DNA of 64,000 nt from positions 48,856,001-48,920,000 of the forward strand of contig OX597825.1 in NCBI GenBank assembly GCA_951406725.2, in the 5' to 3' direction. Of the stretch, positions 13,259-27,344 are shown in pieces. The notes under the pieces are model-generated. The model was not told the origin of the DNA and did no database searches. It worked only from the letters and a program-made list of their open reading frames with translations. The DNA is from Octopus vulgaris (Eukaryota). Both the position numbers and the translations under genes were made by a program. Positions within the stretch are counted from its first letter, which is position 1, and the number at the start of each line of letters is the position of its first letter.

Positions 13259-14107
13259 CATAATGTATATATATATGTATATGCAATTGAATAATTGACA
13301 TCAAATTATGTGAAATTTATTTGTATTATTTCCAATTATTTTCTCTGTTTATTACAATCTATTGTCGTGGCTATTTACAACTGGCTATTGTGTCGTGGTC
13401 ATTTACATCTGGTCATTTGTATATTCGACTTTAGTTATGTCAATATGCTTCTTATAACCGTTGGCTTGGTGTCCCTATCTAAAAGAGACAACATAAATAC
13501 TAGTAAGGAATGAAGTTAAATTGCAGTTTCAGGTTTCTAGAATGTACATAGCTCCGTCTTTTCCTTTCTCCATTTTTCTCCCCCTCTCTTTACCCCTTTG
13601 TCTTTCTCAGTGTTCCTCTATCACATCATATTTCTAATAAATCTCATTGTCGTCTTAGGTCATTTATTCCTTAGTTAGAATTATTATTGAAAACACTTTC
13701 CCTACTGTAGAAGTAAGTGTAACTGCCTACTTTAGGACCTCACTGTAATGTACGTTGGGATTTGTTAATGGAATCTGGTAGACAGAAACTGTAGATATCC
13801 GTTACATTTCTGTCAATCAATCTCTATACTTATACGTCTTAGTGTGTATGTGACTGTATCTATGTTTACCGGGTTAAACCGATAAACTTGCAGACCTATC
13901 ATGTTTAAGTGTAGCATAGGGATTTGATAACTAGAAAGTCGACAAAACATGTAAAAAAATGAAATAATTTCTAGAATCGATGCTCCAGCATAGCTGTTAT
14001 CATAAACGGAAACCAATAAGAAAAATTATATGCAAATGCTTCAGCTTTTATGAGGAAAATATTGCAAAACAACGGTTAAAGCGTGGAATTTATACCCAGA
14101 CAATATT

Positions 14108-14584
14108 CTTTCCTTCTGTAGGCACAAGGCCCGAAAATTTTGGAAAGGGGACCAGTCAATTAGATCGACCCCAGTCTTTATTGCCCACGAGGGGCCAAAC
14201 AAAGAGGGGACAATGAAGGATAAACAAAGAGATTAAGTTGATTGCATCGACTCCAGTGCGTAACTGGTACTTATTTAATCGATCCCGAAAGGATGAAAGG
14301 CAAAGTCGACCTCGGCTGAATTTGATCTCAAAACGTAGCGGCAGACGAAATACTTATTTCTTTAGTACCCACAAGATGCTAAACACAAAGGGGACAAACA
14401 AGGACAGACAAACGGATTAAGTCGATTACATCGACCCCAGTGCGTAACTGGTACTTAATTTATTGACCCCGAAAGGATGAAAGGCAAAGTCGACCTCAGC
14501 AGAATTTGAACTCAGAACGTAACTGCGGACGAAATACCGCTAAGCATTTCGCCCGGTGTGCTAACGGTTTTGCCAACTCGCTGC
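14108..14584 (-). mobile_element. Multimeric family-2 SINE insertion bounded by a single 19-bp TSD
   Basis: Full unit, then a truncated unit, then a tail-B piece. TTTATACC(C/G)AGACAATATT occurs at 14089-14107 and 14585-14603. Confidence 0.8.
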
Positions 14585-14871
14585 TTTATACCGAGACAAT
14601 ATTATCCCGAAATCAATATTATCAATATAATACAGTGGTAAGGTGATGAACTGTTAAAATGCCGTGCAGTATTTAGTTACAGTCCTTTACGTTCTGATTG
14701 CAAATTCAGACAAGATCGACGTTGCCATTCATCCTTCCTGGTTCGATAAAAAGAAAGTACGTGTCTTTTACTCGAGTAAATGTGATCTCATAACCTATGT
14801 CCCAAAAGTGAGTCCCGTGTCTATGTTTAAAATTTATTCATGGAAGTATTGTCATGTATTAGAGGACAACC

Positions 14872-14931
<60 letters not shown>

Positions 14932-15609
14932 TGAGAAACAGAGAAGGAGAGAGTGGTGTAGTGATAGAAGGGAGATAAGTTTATTCCACAATCCATAAAG
15001 TGAAAGAGCACTCGTTCGGTAAACTAAGATGCTGAACAGTGAGAAATATCTATGCCTACATGTGCACATCCACAGAGACATACGTACGTACACATACATA
15101 CGTACATAAACACATACATACGCCTGTCCATATAAAAAACTGTGATAATAAAACATTCTCATAAAACATGCTGCATAATGCACATGCATATTATATTATG
15201 TTTCAGTGAATACACTTCATGTTAAGTTCTATAGCAGTTTCTACTGAAGTACCAGTGTTATTTGCAGTTCATGTTTTGATAGCGCAACTGGTTCTATGGC
15301 AAAAGTTCTGATTAATTCGATGCTATTGTGCAAGCAATTTTCATGCGATGCTCTTTTCTACTGCAGCTGTTTCCTCGATAGTTAAATTTTTATGTATGGT
15401 TTCTACAGTTCTTATGAAACATTTCCTCTTTAGGAACAGTTGTTTTAGGGTTAAGAATAGCTAACAGGAAAAATAATTTGTGAGTTTTCACCATGAATTT
15501 TAAGGCTGGGATTGTCAAATTCAATGAATGATGGCGTCTAAAAGAAAGTATTGTCCGAAGTTATGTTTAGTATAAAACCATTTTAAGACACCATTATGTT
15601 GACATATTG

Positions 15610-15658
<49 letters not shown>

Positions 15659-16151
15659 ATTATTATTATTAATGCAAGACTCAGTAATTCAATCGTTTTG
15701 TTGTCCGATCCATTGTTCATTTTTCATTCTGTTTAACTTTTTCTCTATCTACACCGGAGTTTTACACAAACATCAAATAGTATAAGTGACGCATTGTAGA
15801 TAATAATGTAATGTTTAGAAGTGAACTCGTAAAGTATTGTTGAAAAGAAGAATGTAAAAACGAACATGAGGTGCTTTTATCTGCGTTCAGACGTGTTTCT
15901 AATGAGTGAAAGAGAGAAAAAAGAGATAAGCGTGCGCGCGGGGTTGAAAGAGAGAAAAAGAGAGAGAGAGAGAGAGAGCAGAAAGAGAGAGGGAGAGAGA
16001 AAGAGAGAGAGAGAGATAGTGAGAGAGAGAGTGAGAGAGGGGTGGAGAAGTGAGAAATATAGGAAAAGATGAAAAGAGAAAACACACATTCGCAAATGCA
16101 CATACATGTACAGAAAAACAAAAATAGAGGGAGGGGAAATGAGAAAGGAAG

Positions 16152-16184
<33 letters not shown>

Positions 16185-17671
16185 AATGAAGAACGAAGTT
16201 AAGAGAAATACAAAAATAGAGAAAATGTTCCTTTGTTGTGGAAAAGGACAAATGTTTTTGGGATCGGTTAAAGATTGATTTATTGCAGAAAGGAAATCTG
16301 TTTTGTTTGCGTAGTATGTATGTGCGTATTTATATGTGTCTGTCTATATATTTAGGTATTATGCACGAATATATGCGAAAGAGTTTTATAAATAAAAAAA
16401 TAAATAAATAAGTAAATATATGTGTATGTATGTATGTATGTATGTATGTATGTATGTATGTATATATCTTTTAAATGGACTTTAAAATGCATATACTTAC
16501 TGTGTTATCAAATACTAACTGCAGTGTGAACATATATGACAAAAAGGTCGAATATGATTTATCGTGTAAATAAAAATGATATAGTAAAGCCATCTAATTC
16601 TACTTGTGTATATTTGTCATCAACAAATAGAGACTTATTTAAGGTTTTCAGATTCACATTTAAGATTAAAAAACCACTCCAAAACTATCAGTGTACACTA
16701 TCTAGTGTAGCTATAAGGTTACAGTTGGTGGATAATAAAATAAAAACACACGTAGCCCCTGTGCTAAATGTGTTCAACTAGAATATCTTCTAAGAGTTAT
16801 TGGCTAATTAAACACAAGCGATAGATATAAAAGAAATATTACAGGACAATAAACATCAGTGAATAGAAAGAAGTCACTTTCAAAATTAAGTTCTTGTATT
16901 TTCAGGATTAATATGATGTAATCCAGCAGTAAATTTTTGAACTTTGTCAACACATCTCACAAGTGAAGAACATAGAATCATAAAACACTGAAAATATGTT
17001 TTATTGGACTATTGCACTTCTTATTGGTTAATGCAGTTGGGATGTGAAAGGAAAATACGTTGCAGTATATTCAAGAATATGAATAGCCTAAAAATGGATA
17101 TAGCTACAAACAGAGATAAAACCTTTCTTTACAGTATACAATAGTTCTAAAACATATCAAAGAAAATGTCATATAGGGAGCTGCACTGGATCGATTCTCT
17201 AATGAAAGTAATTTCGTATGAATTTTATCATTAATGCCATTATTTCGTTTAACTTAGGACATTTATTAATGGCAGAATCATTACAGTGTCAGGCGAAATG
17301 CAACATTTATTCATACCTTTTATGTTCCTAATTCAAATCTTACCACGGTCAACTTTAGGCTTCATCGATTCTGGCTAAATTAAATAAAATATCGTTGTTA
17401 TAAGAAAGGAAGGTGGTGGATGACATTTAGTAGAGCGCTAGACTAAATGCAACATTTATGTACGTCATATGTAAACTTTTTGCAGTTTATTCTGAAATAG
17501 GTACATCAAATACAAGCGAAATACTAAGTTTATTTATCAGTAGTTTATTTTCTAATTTCTAATTTCACACCTGTATTTCTGAGTGATACACTAAAGATAT
17601 TTTTCGCTGACTTCTTTTATGTACCGGTGTCGTCGAATCAACACGAGATGTGAACAAGCAGATTCACTCAC

Positions 17672-17892
<221 letters not shown>

Positions 17893-17929
17893 TGGTAGTA
17901 GTAGTTAATATGTGACTATAAATATATGA

Positions 17930-18950
17930 TCTGGAGCTTTGTGGGTTTGAGCAATATTTTATAAGATTGTGAACGAAAATATCAAATCTTTTGGTTTAGA
18001 GTGAACAAAAAATGAAGAGAGGAATTTGCAGCAATAGTAGGGTTGAACCGCTTCCTGGATATGTTTTATCGTTTTCTGTTTGAAGAAGCAGAACATATTT
18101 TGTAATATGTCAACACATGAAAATAAGAGAGCTCTGGAAGAAAATAAGTTGAAATGTAATACAACTGAAACAAAGAACACCAACAGAGTAGCGTCTACAT
18201 GGTCAAAGAAACAGTTTGAAATAGCTGTCAAACTTCCTCCACACAACGTCATCTAGGAAAAGGAAAGATCCATTGGGAAATGTTGTCATAAATATATTAT
18301 GCCTGCATAAAAAGGTTATTTGGTCATAATTGGAACGACTTCGATTATAAGTTTGCTCCATAACGACAGCCTGGATCAAGCAAAACTTCATCGCATACGT
18401 CAGCAGCAGCTGTAAGAACACTAATGACCACAATAACATCTTTAGAAGAATGGTAGATGATGAGGAGAGCATCATCATCATCATCATCAGCATCACCATC
18501 ATCATCCTCCTCCTTCTCATCATCATCGACAACAAAAGAAGAGGACAGCGGCATACTTTTAAAACAAATTACAGAACAACACATAACTGTCAGAATATGA
18601 GCCAACGTCTGGTTCAAACCAAAGCTTATTATAAAAGGTTGATGTCAAATAATGTAATTCTAAATACTGAAACAGTCGGAATGATTGCATATGGAGTGTT
18701 TTGGTTACATATATAACGATGACAAGGGTCTGCTTCTTGTGGTGTCTCTAGAAGATTGTTTTCTCGTAAAAATGCAACTGTTGTTTTCTCTGTCAAAATG
18801 ACACTTATATAGAAATATATGAAGTGGATAACGTGTTACACTAATGTTATTGGCTTCAGTTGGAAGACACTGATGTGGGTGCTAGTTAACTGCGCTTTTG
18901 TATTGACCAGTCAGGAGCAATCAGGTCAAAAGAGTGAAAAAGAAAAAGGT
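17930..18950 (+). mobile_element. Possible highly degenerate RLE-type LINE remnant
   Basis: Weak traces (QTKAYYKRLM..NTETV..) resembling the region before the zinc knuckle; many stops. Confidence 0.3.
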
Positions 18951-20849
18951 AAGCACAAGTAATAAGTTCATACGATGAAAGTCCACAAAATCAGCTGAGG
19001 TCTCAGTTGACATGTCAGGTCTACGAATACTCTGGTAGATCGTACTCTAAAGTGGCTATATTTTTTCATATATATTCAAGTATCTATCAAATTGTTTCAA
19101 GCACACTGGCTATTTCGTTCTGCTTTTCCATATGCGTAATTAATCAATTCATAAAGTTTCTCTACCACAATGGTAGCTGAAACAAACAAACAAACAAACA
19201 AACAACAACAACAACAGTTGTAGTAGTATTAGCAACAACAACGACCACACAAAGCTTTGATTAGAAATTACTGAATAAGATAACGTCCATCAATGTCCGA
19301 CCATTCTACAGAATTCCTAACAGATTGAAGTTGATACTTAATGCACTCAAATAGGTCTTGTCTATTCCTCTAGAAACAATTAAATGTGGTATACTAAATA
19401 CTGGATATCTTTAGGTAGTAAATTAACGGAGCAACATCAATATTTTCATCGAATATGCCACATTCCGGCACTGATAAGCATTTCTTTTCTTTATTGTTAA
19501 CTCATGCATATTCAAAGCCGTGACGTAATCTGACTTGAAGCAAAAGAAGACGACATGAAGGTGGGATGGGGCTTGATGGTTTGTTATCTGTCAAACGGTG
19601 GGTAGATAAGACTGGAAACGTTGACATACATTTCTTCTTTTGCGTTTTTATATTCTTTTTTATTCGTAATAATTAACTATTCCTTTCGGTATTATATTAT
19701 CACAGATATTTTAATTCAGTTGAGGAAGAAATATTGTATTATCTTTTAAGCAGTGAATTTGATAAAATGATGCAATGTTTTTGTTTTTGACAACAACTGG
19801 ATAGTAAGAATTCTATTCATCAAAATAAATGAAGTATGATATTGTTGGAGTAGGAACAGGAGGAGGAGGAGGAAATAAGCTAAATAATACATTCGAACCA
19901 TCATCACCTGAAGAGAAAATGATTGAATATTTAATATCCGAACTACACACACACACACAATCACGCTCACACACACAGACATATGCTCGCACACACATAT
20001 ATGCAATAATAACTGATATTTCCATTTCATTAAATATTGACTTTCTCTTATGTATGTGCATGTGTGCATATGAGCTTTAGTGTGTGTGTGTGTGTATTTG
20101 GGACAAAGTATTTTGTTCTAACACTTCATCCTCCTCCACTCATACTCCTTGTATTCATCATCATTATTCAAAGTCATCTTCATCGTCAACATCAGTAGTA
20201 GTAGCAACCGCCACAATCCCTATACATAAGCCATTATTTTCCTTTCTCATTGTGGAAGTATTCGTCAGAATAACAACCTATTGTCTTTTACAAAGCTATT
20301 ACACTGTTCATAATCTGGATTATTAAATATTTGTTATTTCATATTGAACCGATAACGGTAGGGTTCGAAATGCAATAAAATTACTGGAAATTGCTGAGAG
20401 AAATAGGTTTTCTCTATGGCACATCATAGCGTTTGAAATAGTTTTCTGATTTCTAACTTAATCTGACTTTTTAAAAATGTACGCGCGCGCGGGTATGTCT
20501 GTTTTTTTACTAGTTCACACCTGGCAGTAAAAAGAGAACGTGACATACATAAATGGGCACAACACCTCAAATTTCGGTGGCGAGTGTGGTAAATCTCTTT
20601 TTAACTGGTAATATTTCATCAAGCACAAACGGATAAAATGGAAAGTCAGCTTTTAACTCAGAACATAAGTGAATACTGAACATTATTTTGTAAACTACAT
20701 ATATCAATGTATCAATCTTGATCCTCAGTGCTCCCGTCATACTGCGCACTTATGCAAGCGCACACGACTTTTGCAACTAGCGCAGAAAAGAAAAAAAGTG
20801 ATATGCGAACACAAGGTTTACTAGGTAAAATATAATTTGTTCAAGTGGA

Positions 20850-21420
20850 GAAATTAATCATTCAATTTCATGATAATGACACCAGAACTGAAGAAAGTCA
20901 TGATACTGATAATTTGTCAGTGGCATTTAATGGAAGAGTGCAGCCTTATTCATATGTACATTTGAAATAGTTTGTATACAGTTTACGGAAAAAAATCAAA
21001 TTTGAAAGGCATTTAAAATACAGAAATATATAATAATATCTTAGTACACACTTGAAAATGGTGAGCATTTACTTGGGTGATTAACATGGCACCTGAGCAA
21101 TGGTTACTCGTGTGAATGCGCTCATATTTGGCAAAGAAAGATAAAATTTGCATGCAAATTTCTACGGATACCCATGAAAAAAAACCCAACAAAGCGGACA
21201 TATTGTTTGATAACCATGACGAATGTGGACAGTATATAAGGGTATTTCTTTTACTTCATATTTATTTCTTGAAGAAATCCTAAGGTAGGCGGACATGTCG
21301 ACTTTACATTTCCTTTCAGTTCACTATACGTTTGTGCAATTTGTAAATACAGAAAACTTAACAATGTTAACAGAATTCAATGATGCCAACAGCTGTGAAA
21401 CTATATAAATGATTGGAATT
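20850..21420 (+). mobile_element. Possible piggyBac-like transposase remnant
   Basis: IQFHDNDTRTEESHDTDNLS resembles piggyBac RFDDKxTRxxRxxxDKLA; MRSYLAKKDK resembles FRQYIPSKPxKYG; NLTML lies downstream. Heavily decayed, and no TTAA/TIR was found. Confidence 0.3.
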
Positions 21421-21621
21421 TCATTAAGTTTCGACGCTAAATTCCTTTTGGCATATGAAATATCTAATGGACATGCTCTTAAAACTATGCTTTCATCACC
21501 AACCACATGAAGTCAAATTTGACATAACAGAAAGAGAAGGTTTAGTTCTTGATGTGGTCGAATTTGGCTTTACCTTTGAAGTGGAGAAAAGAAAAATGCA
21601 TTCTCTTGTGTCTGGGAAGAG

Positions 21622-21806
21622 TCATTTTCTTTTTGTGCCTTATAATTTAACACACTCACCGGTTGCGTCTTGCAACCTTTTCAATAATCTTCACTATTTA
21701 AAAAATTGCAAGTCGCAACGAAAATTTTAGGAAAATAAAAATAAGGAAATAAGCGGAAATTTTACCGGTGAGTGTGTTAAATTATAAGGCACATAAAGAA
21801 AATGAA
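21622..21806. repeat. Inverted repeat (~42-bp arms, ~100-bp spacer)
   Basis: TCATTTTCTTTTTGTGCCTTATAATTTAACACACTCACCGGT versus ACCGGTGAGTGTGTTAAATTATAAGGCACATAAAGAAAATGA. Confidence 0.85.
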
Positions 21807-23079
21807 TATGCTTCAACGCATGAACTCACATAAATAATATTGGAAACCAAAAACGAAGTATTTAATATTGATATAGATTTAATTAATAATTTCCTAGAAT
21901 TTTAGTCAGTTAAGAATTCCTTATTTACGGATTCCTATCTTTTTGGAAATCTTCGCGAAGAATCAGAAGTTAACTTCTTTTTTATGCTACGATTTTACCA
22001 TATACTTCAGCAAGACTCTGAGAGCTAATGTAATTTAGAAATAATTTAAACGACGGTTAAAATATCGCTTTATTAAAAGATTTAATGCACAAATTTATAT
22101 AAAAAATATTGCTGCAGCCGAGACAAATTACTCTCGCTGTTTGCAAACAACAATTGTTAACCAGGTTTAGTTTGTGATTGTAATTATCCAGTATAATTGA
22201 TTCTAACAGTAAAGATGTCTAGTTTTGAAGAATAATTTGGCAAATGGTCAATTATAACCTTATTCACATTATATTGCGATAATTATTATGGTGTCTAACA
22301 GCTTAGTGAAAAAAATAAAGAAAGAAAAATAACAGCACGTAACAATGTTTTCAATGTTGCTATCACGAGAGAAAGAAAAATAGCCATCATGAGACCAGAG
22401 TTATGACCTGATACTTGAAGCAAGCAGAATTCCACTTAATGCAGGCAAGAGTCACTTAGGTTTGGTAAACTAAACAACGAACGCAAGTCACCATTCGGGA
22501 ACAAATACAATTCAATCCATAGAATGTTTACGAAACTTCACTGATAGGGTTTAAATAGCAGGATGTAGCAGTAAATAGCAGCAGAAGTAGCAGTAGCAGC
22601 AGATGTAGCAGTAGCAGCAGCAACAAAAACAACGACGACGACAACAACAAAAGTAATGATTTATAATGTCGGCACATGACTGGTAATTTTTGAGAGAGAG
22701 TACTAGTCAATGCCATTGATCCCACTACTTCATTGGTACTTTAATTTATCGATCTTGGAGGCAAAGTTGATTCCCGAATGGTTTAAATGACATTGCAAAG
22801 TGTCAAATAAATGCTGCAAGCATTTTTTCCTGTCTCTCTAAAAATTCCGCCATTCTACCAGCCTACAAGAGAATGGTAGACAGCTTTCCCAAATGCAGAT
22901 TATATAATTATTCAACTGAAATCCATAGCTCATTGTATTAGAAAGTACACAGCTAATACGGAATGAATATATTAAATATAGAAATAAGATCTTCTGTAGC
23001 AATGCAATGGAACTTTTACAGGAAATTTGACTTTGCAAGGATAGAAAAAGAAGCTATAATCATTTTTATGGAAATAGCA

Positions 23080-23470
23080 ATGCAAGCTTTTGAAAACGGC
23101 GAAGTGAAGCTTTTGTTGAACTTTACTGTGTAAGCCAAATAAGGAATACAACAGGGTACTGTAATCGTTGACAAAGGAAGTATGCATTGTTATCGACATC
23201 ACAAGCCTATGTGACACAAAGAGATAAAAGAAAGGAAGAGGAGTATTATACTAACTTGAAGTATGAAATCCTGAAGTTCTGAAACAGAGAAGTTAAAAAG
23301 GTTATGGATACTGCCGGTTATTTTTAGATCCTTGGAAACAGTGACAGAGAATTTGGGGAATAAATCGTAAAAAATATTGTTTTAAATTTGAAGTAGTTGA
23401 AGTGCAGGAAACATTTCAACCAGCTGCGATCTGTTAGCGAGAGTCATGCAGAATATCTTTAATACGAAGT
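23080..23470 (+). mobile_element. Older, degenerate RLE-domain LINE 3' fragment
   Basis: ENGEVKLLLNF...VIVDK..CIVIDITSLCD...LKYEI, paralleling GENVTIQWDF..CLLIDMSIPCD of the copy at 25.2 kb. Confidence 0.55.
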
Positions 23471-23589
23471 AAGAGCAGATATGAAGAACAGAATAAAAGA
23501 AAAACGCCTGCTGACAGAAAAAAAAAATGTTTTCCATTCTACACCACGATTTGTGGGACGATACCAATTTCATGAAACAAGAGAAAAGG

Positions 23590-23670
<81 letters not shown>

Positions 23671-23674
<4 letters not shown>

Positions 23675-25720
23675 GCGCAGAAATCTCAGCTCCGCATGGA
23701 TTGACTATAAAAAGGCCTTCGACAGTATACCGTTTCCATGGATCTTGAGATCGCTGGACAAATTTCCCCTGTGATTTCAAGCTTCCTGAAGCACAATATG
23801 TCGTTGTGGAATACGAATCTCCAATTATACCACTCTAATGGAGTACTTGCCTCAGAGAATATAAACATCAACTGTGGAATTTTTCAAGGTGACTCACTTT
23901 CACCTTTAATATTCTGCATAGCCCTAATACCCTTTACAAGTGAATTAAACAGAACAGGGTATGGGTATAAAATTGCCAATAAAAAAATAAGCCATCTGTT
24001 TTATATGGATGACTTAAAACTCTATGGTAAATACGATAATGAACTTGAAGGCCTATTGCGCACTGTGAAAGCATTCAGCGATGACATCGGGATGGAGTTT
24101 GGGCTTGAGAAGTGTGCCAAGGCCACTTTCCAGAAAGGGAAAGTGAAGACCACAAACTCAGTCCTGTTAGATGTTGACACAGTCATAAGAGAGCTTGAGC
24201 AAGAACAGACATACAAATATTTAGGGATAAATGAAGGCTCTGGTATTCAGCATGCAAGCATGAAAGAGAAGATCAGGAAGGAATGTTATAGGAGAGTCCG
24301 TGCAGTCCTGAAATTTGAACTAAATGCACGTAACAAGGTGTTAGCTATAAACTTTTAGCAGTTCCAGTTGTTACTTATAGCTACAATGTGTTGAACTGGA
24401 ATATGAGTGAAGTAAAGAATATAGATAGGAAAATACGCAAGCTGCTGAGTTGTAATAGGATGCACTACCCAAAGGCAGACGTAGATCGCCTTTACTTTCC
24501 CAGAGCCCAAGGAGGTCGAGGCCTGATCCAATTTGAACTAGCATACAAAACAAACACAATTGGACTGGCCAAATATCTTGAAATAACGAATGACTGGATG
24601 CTAAAGCTCGTGGAAAATCACGAGAGACGAAAGAAGCTTCATTCTGTCATAAAGAAAAGCAAAAAAATTGCTATTGATCTCGTGCAGGATACCCAAACTG
24701 AACAACCCGAGGGAAGTACGGCGACTATTGTTGCAAAGAAGGTGAAAATAATGGCAACAAAAAAAGCGCACGGGCAATTGGCTGATAGGTGGGAGGAGAA
24801 ACCTCTGTACGGCAAATATGTGGCCCGTACCAAACAAGCTGATGTTGACCAGAAGCAAACCCATCAGTGGCTACGGAGCTCAGGGCTAAAAGCAGAGAGC
24901 GAAGGTTTCATCCTGGCTGCTCAAGATCAAAGCCTATTAACCCGGAACTACCAGGCCAATGTGATGAAAAATGGAGCAGAACCAAAATGCCGATTCTGCA
25001 ACGACATGATTGAAACAGTGGACCACCTAATCTATGGATGTAAAGTCTTAGCACCAGTGGAGTATAAATTAAGACATGACAGAGTTGGCCAATATCTACA
25101 TTGGCTAATAAGTCGGCATTACAATATCAAAACTGCCGACAAGTGGTATAATCACCACCCTGAAGCTGTAACTGAAGGAGAAAATGTAACCATTCAGTGG
25201 GACTTTCCAGTACATACAGACCGAACCATCAAAGCCAATAAACCGGATATTGTTGTGAAAGACCAAAACAATAAAGTTTGCTTATTGATCGACATGAGTA
25301 TCCCCTGTGATCATAATATCTCGGCGAAAGAGTTTGACAAGCTCAGAAAATATAAAGTCTTGCTCATTGAAATTGAGAAAATGTGGCATCTCAAGGCGGT
25401 TACAATACCAGTGATCGTAGGAGCCCTAGGAATGATCAAGAAGGGAACCGAAAATTATATGAGAATGATCCCTGGCTTACCATCCCTGCAAGAAGTGCAA
25501 AAGATTGTCTTAACTGGTACATCACACGTATTGAGAAGAGCATTGCCGATGTGAGAACTATTACTACCTATGTATTTTAATTTAACTTAATAAAAAATGA
25601 ACGAACTACTGAGTTTAGTTTAATGGCCTACCAATGTATACTATGAGTTTGCCCTAGGAGTCGGGAAGACACTCGGCAAGAAATGGAAGCAAATTTGAAA
25701 GAAGAAGAAAAAAAGATAAC
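23671..25720 (+). mobile_element. Young 5'-truncated R4/Dong-type non-LTR retrotransposon (RT, CCHC zinc knuckle, PD-D/ExK restriction-like endonuclease) flanked by (AAT)n
   Basis: AWIDYKKAFDSIP; GIFQGDSLSP; LFYMDDLKLY; YKYLG; CRFCNDMIETVDHLIYGC; RHD; KPDIVV..LLIDMSIP. (AAT)n lies at 23590-23672 and at 25721-25742. Confidence 0.93.
23673..25554 (+). pseudogene. RT-RLE polyprotein reading frame with two frameshifts (~23760, ~24355)
   Basis: ORFs 23481..23774, 23738..24358 and 24388..25554 are consecutive pieces of one protein. Confidence 0.85.
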
Positions 25721-26699
25721 AATAATAATAATAATGATAATAAATTGTAAGTCCGCGTTGTATAATAACATGGATGTGCTACACTGGGTTCTCCATTTAA
25801 AAACAAATCTAATCTAATAACATCAGTGGAATGAGATGAAGGGACATGTGAAAGTATTGAAGGAAGCGGCCTTTTAACGAAACTAATCACAAAAACGAAA
25901 TTTTACGGCCATTCAAAGCACAGTTTCTCCCATGCATGATGTCTCAGTGAAACATGTGTGAAAGACACATGCGAAATCAACATCGGAAAGTACAATTTAT
26001 AAAATATAAATGTACAAAACATTAAGTACGCAAATTGATTAATTACACATACAGTCGAATGTCTACACAATCTTATATACATCTGAATACCCATAGGGCA
26101 ACAGATACATCCAAATGTTTAAACAACTACGTGAAATTTACAGGACATATGAAAGCATGTGTCACAAACGAAGCAAAAAACATATAACAAAACAATTTGT
26201 TTTTTCGAATTAGCACAGACAAAATGAATAATTCATAACTTTAAAAACATCCCCCACCAAAATCAAAACTATGCCCGCCGATAAATCTATCAGAAGAAAA
26301 AAACAGACGAATACAGATCCGTTAGCCTAAAGAAGGTACGTTACGAGCAATGATTTCATTCAGAGAACTCGGAGGCGGTGTTGTCTCAAAAAATTAACCC
26401 TAAACAGACAGATCCGTTTCCTATTGTCAATGTCTAAACTCGCCATGCCTCAGTGATAACGAAGCAAAATACAAACCAAATCAGCCGTCACCCTGGATAA
26501 GCAATGGCCGCGTACCTCAGTGAGGAACCAGATTGGATACGAAAAATCAGCGACTGGTTCAAATCTTCAGGAAACAGGAGCTGGAAGTACCCCACAACCG
26601 GAATATTCCAACAGATGGTCATCCACGATTGTCATCAAATAACCAAAAGTAAAAGAAAGAAAAATGGTTTTGATAAAGGAAGTTCTTTGGAAATATGAG

Positions 26700-26963
26700 T
26701 GGTTTGTTCATCATCCTTAAACAACCCTTATTCAAAGATCTTTTGAGCTTGATGGGCTACTCGACCTGAAGAAAATTCTAACTGGGCTCTACCTGCAAGA
26801 TTATGCGCTGTTTATCTTGATATTAATCACTATGTTGCGCACATATGGTTCTGATGCATGTGCCTGGTGTACTCTCATCAGTTGCATAATAATGACAGGT
26901 GTACTGGGCTTCGTTTATTTTACCCAAGTGTCACTTTGATGGCATGCACTGCTCTTTCACTCA
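26700..26963 (+). mobile_element. Unclassified interspersed-repeat 3' end with (AAT)n tail
   Basis: Non-coding block ending GCATGCACTGCTCTTTCACTCAATAATAAT, a typical retroposon tail configuration; family not assignable. Confidence 0.35.
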
Positions 26964-27062
26964 ATAATAATAACAAGAACAAGAACAACAACAAGAACAA
27001 CAACAATAATAATAATAATAATAATGATGATCACGATGATGATGATGATGATGATGTTGATG

Positions 27063-27160
<98 letters not shown>

Positions 27161-27189
27161 AATAATAATAATAATAATAATAATAATAT
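26963..27189. repeat. Compound (AAC/AAT/GAT)n microsatellite
   Basis: Read directly; it explains the poly-N/D ORF. Confidence 0.95.
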
Positions 27190-27194
27190 AGTAA

Positions 27195-27335
27195 TAATCC
27201 TTTCTACTATAGACATAGGGCCAACAATTTTTTGGGGAAAGGGGCTGTCGAATATATCGTAACTGGTACTTATTTCATCGACCACGAAAGGATCAAAGGC
27301 AACGTCGACCCCGGCAGAATTTGAACTCAGAACTT
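27195..27335 (-). mobile_element. Truncated family-2 SINE (tail B)
   Basis: AACTGGTACTTATTTCATCGAC..GAAAGGA..AAAGGC..GAATTTGAACTCAGAAC on the + strand. Confidence 0.75.
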
Positions 27336-27344
27336 AAAGACGGA

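Noticed and set aside
15860-16200. GA-rich tract with GCGCGCG as a promoter or TSS
   Set aside because: Compositional impression only; there is no linked gene or diagnostic motif.
19746-19935. Minus-strand acceptor plus hydrophobic MVRMYYLAYFLLLLLFLL ORF
   Set aside because: The hydrophobic run derives from a (CCT)n microsatellite; there is no donor or homology support.
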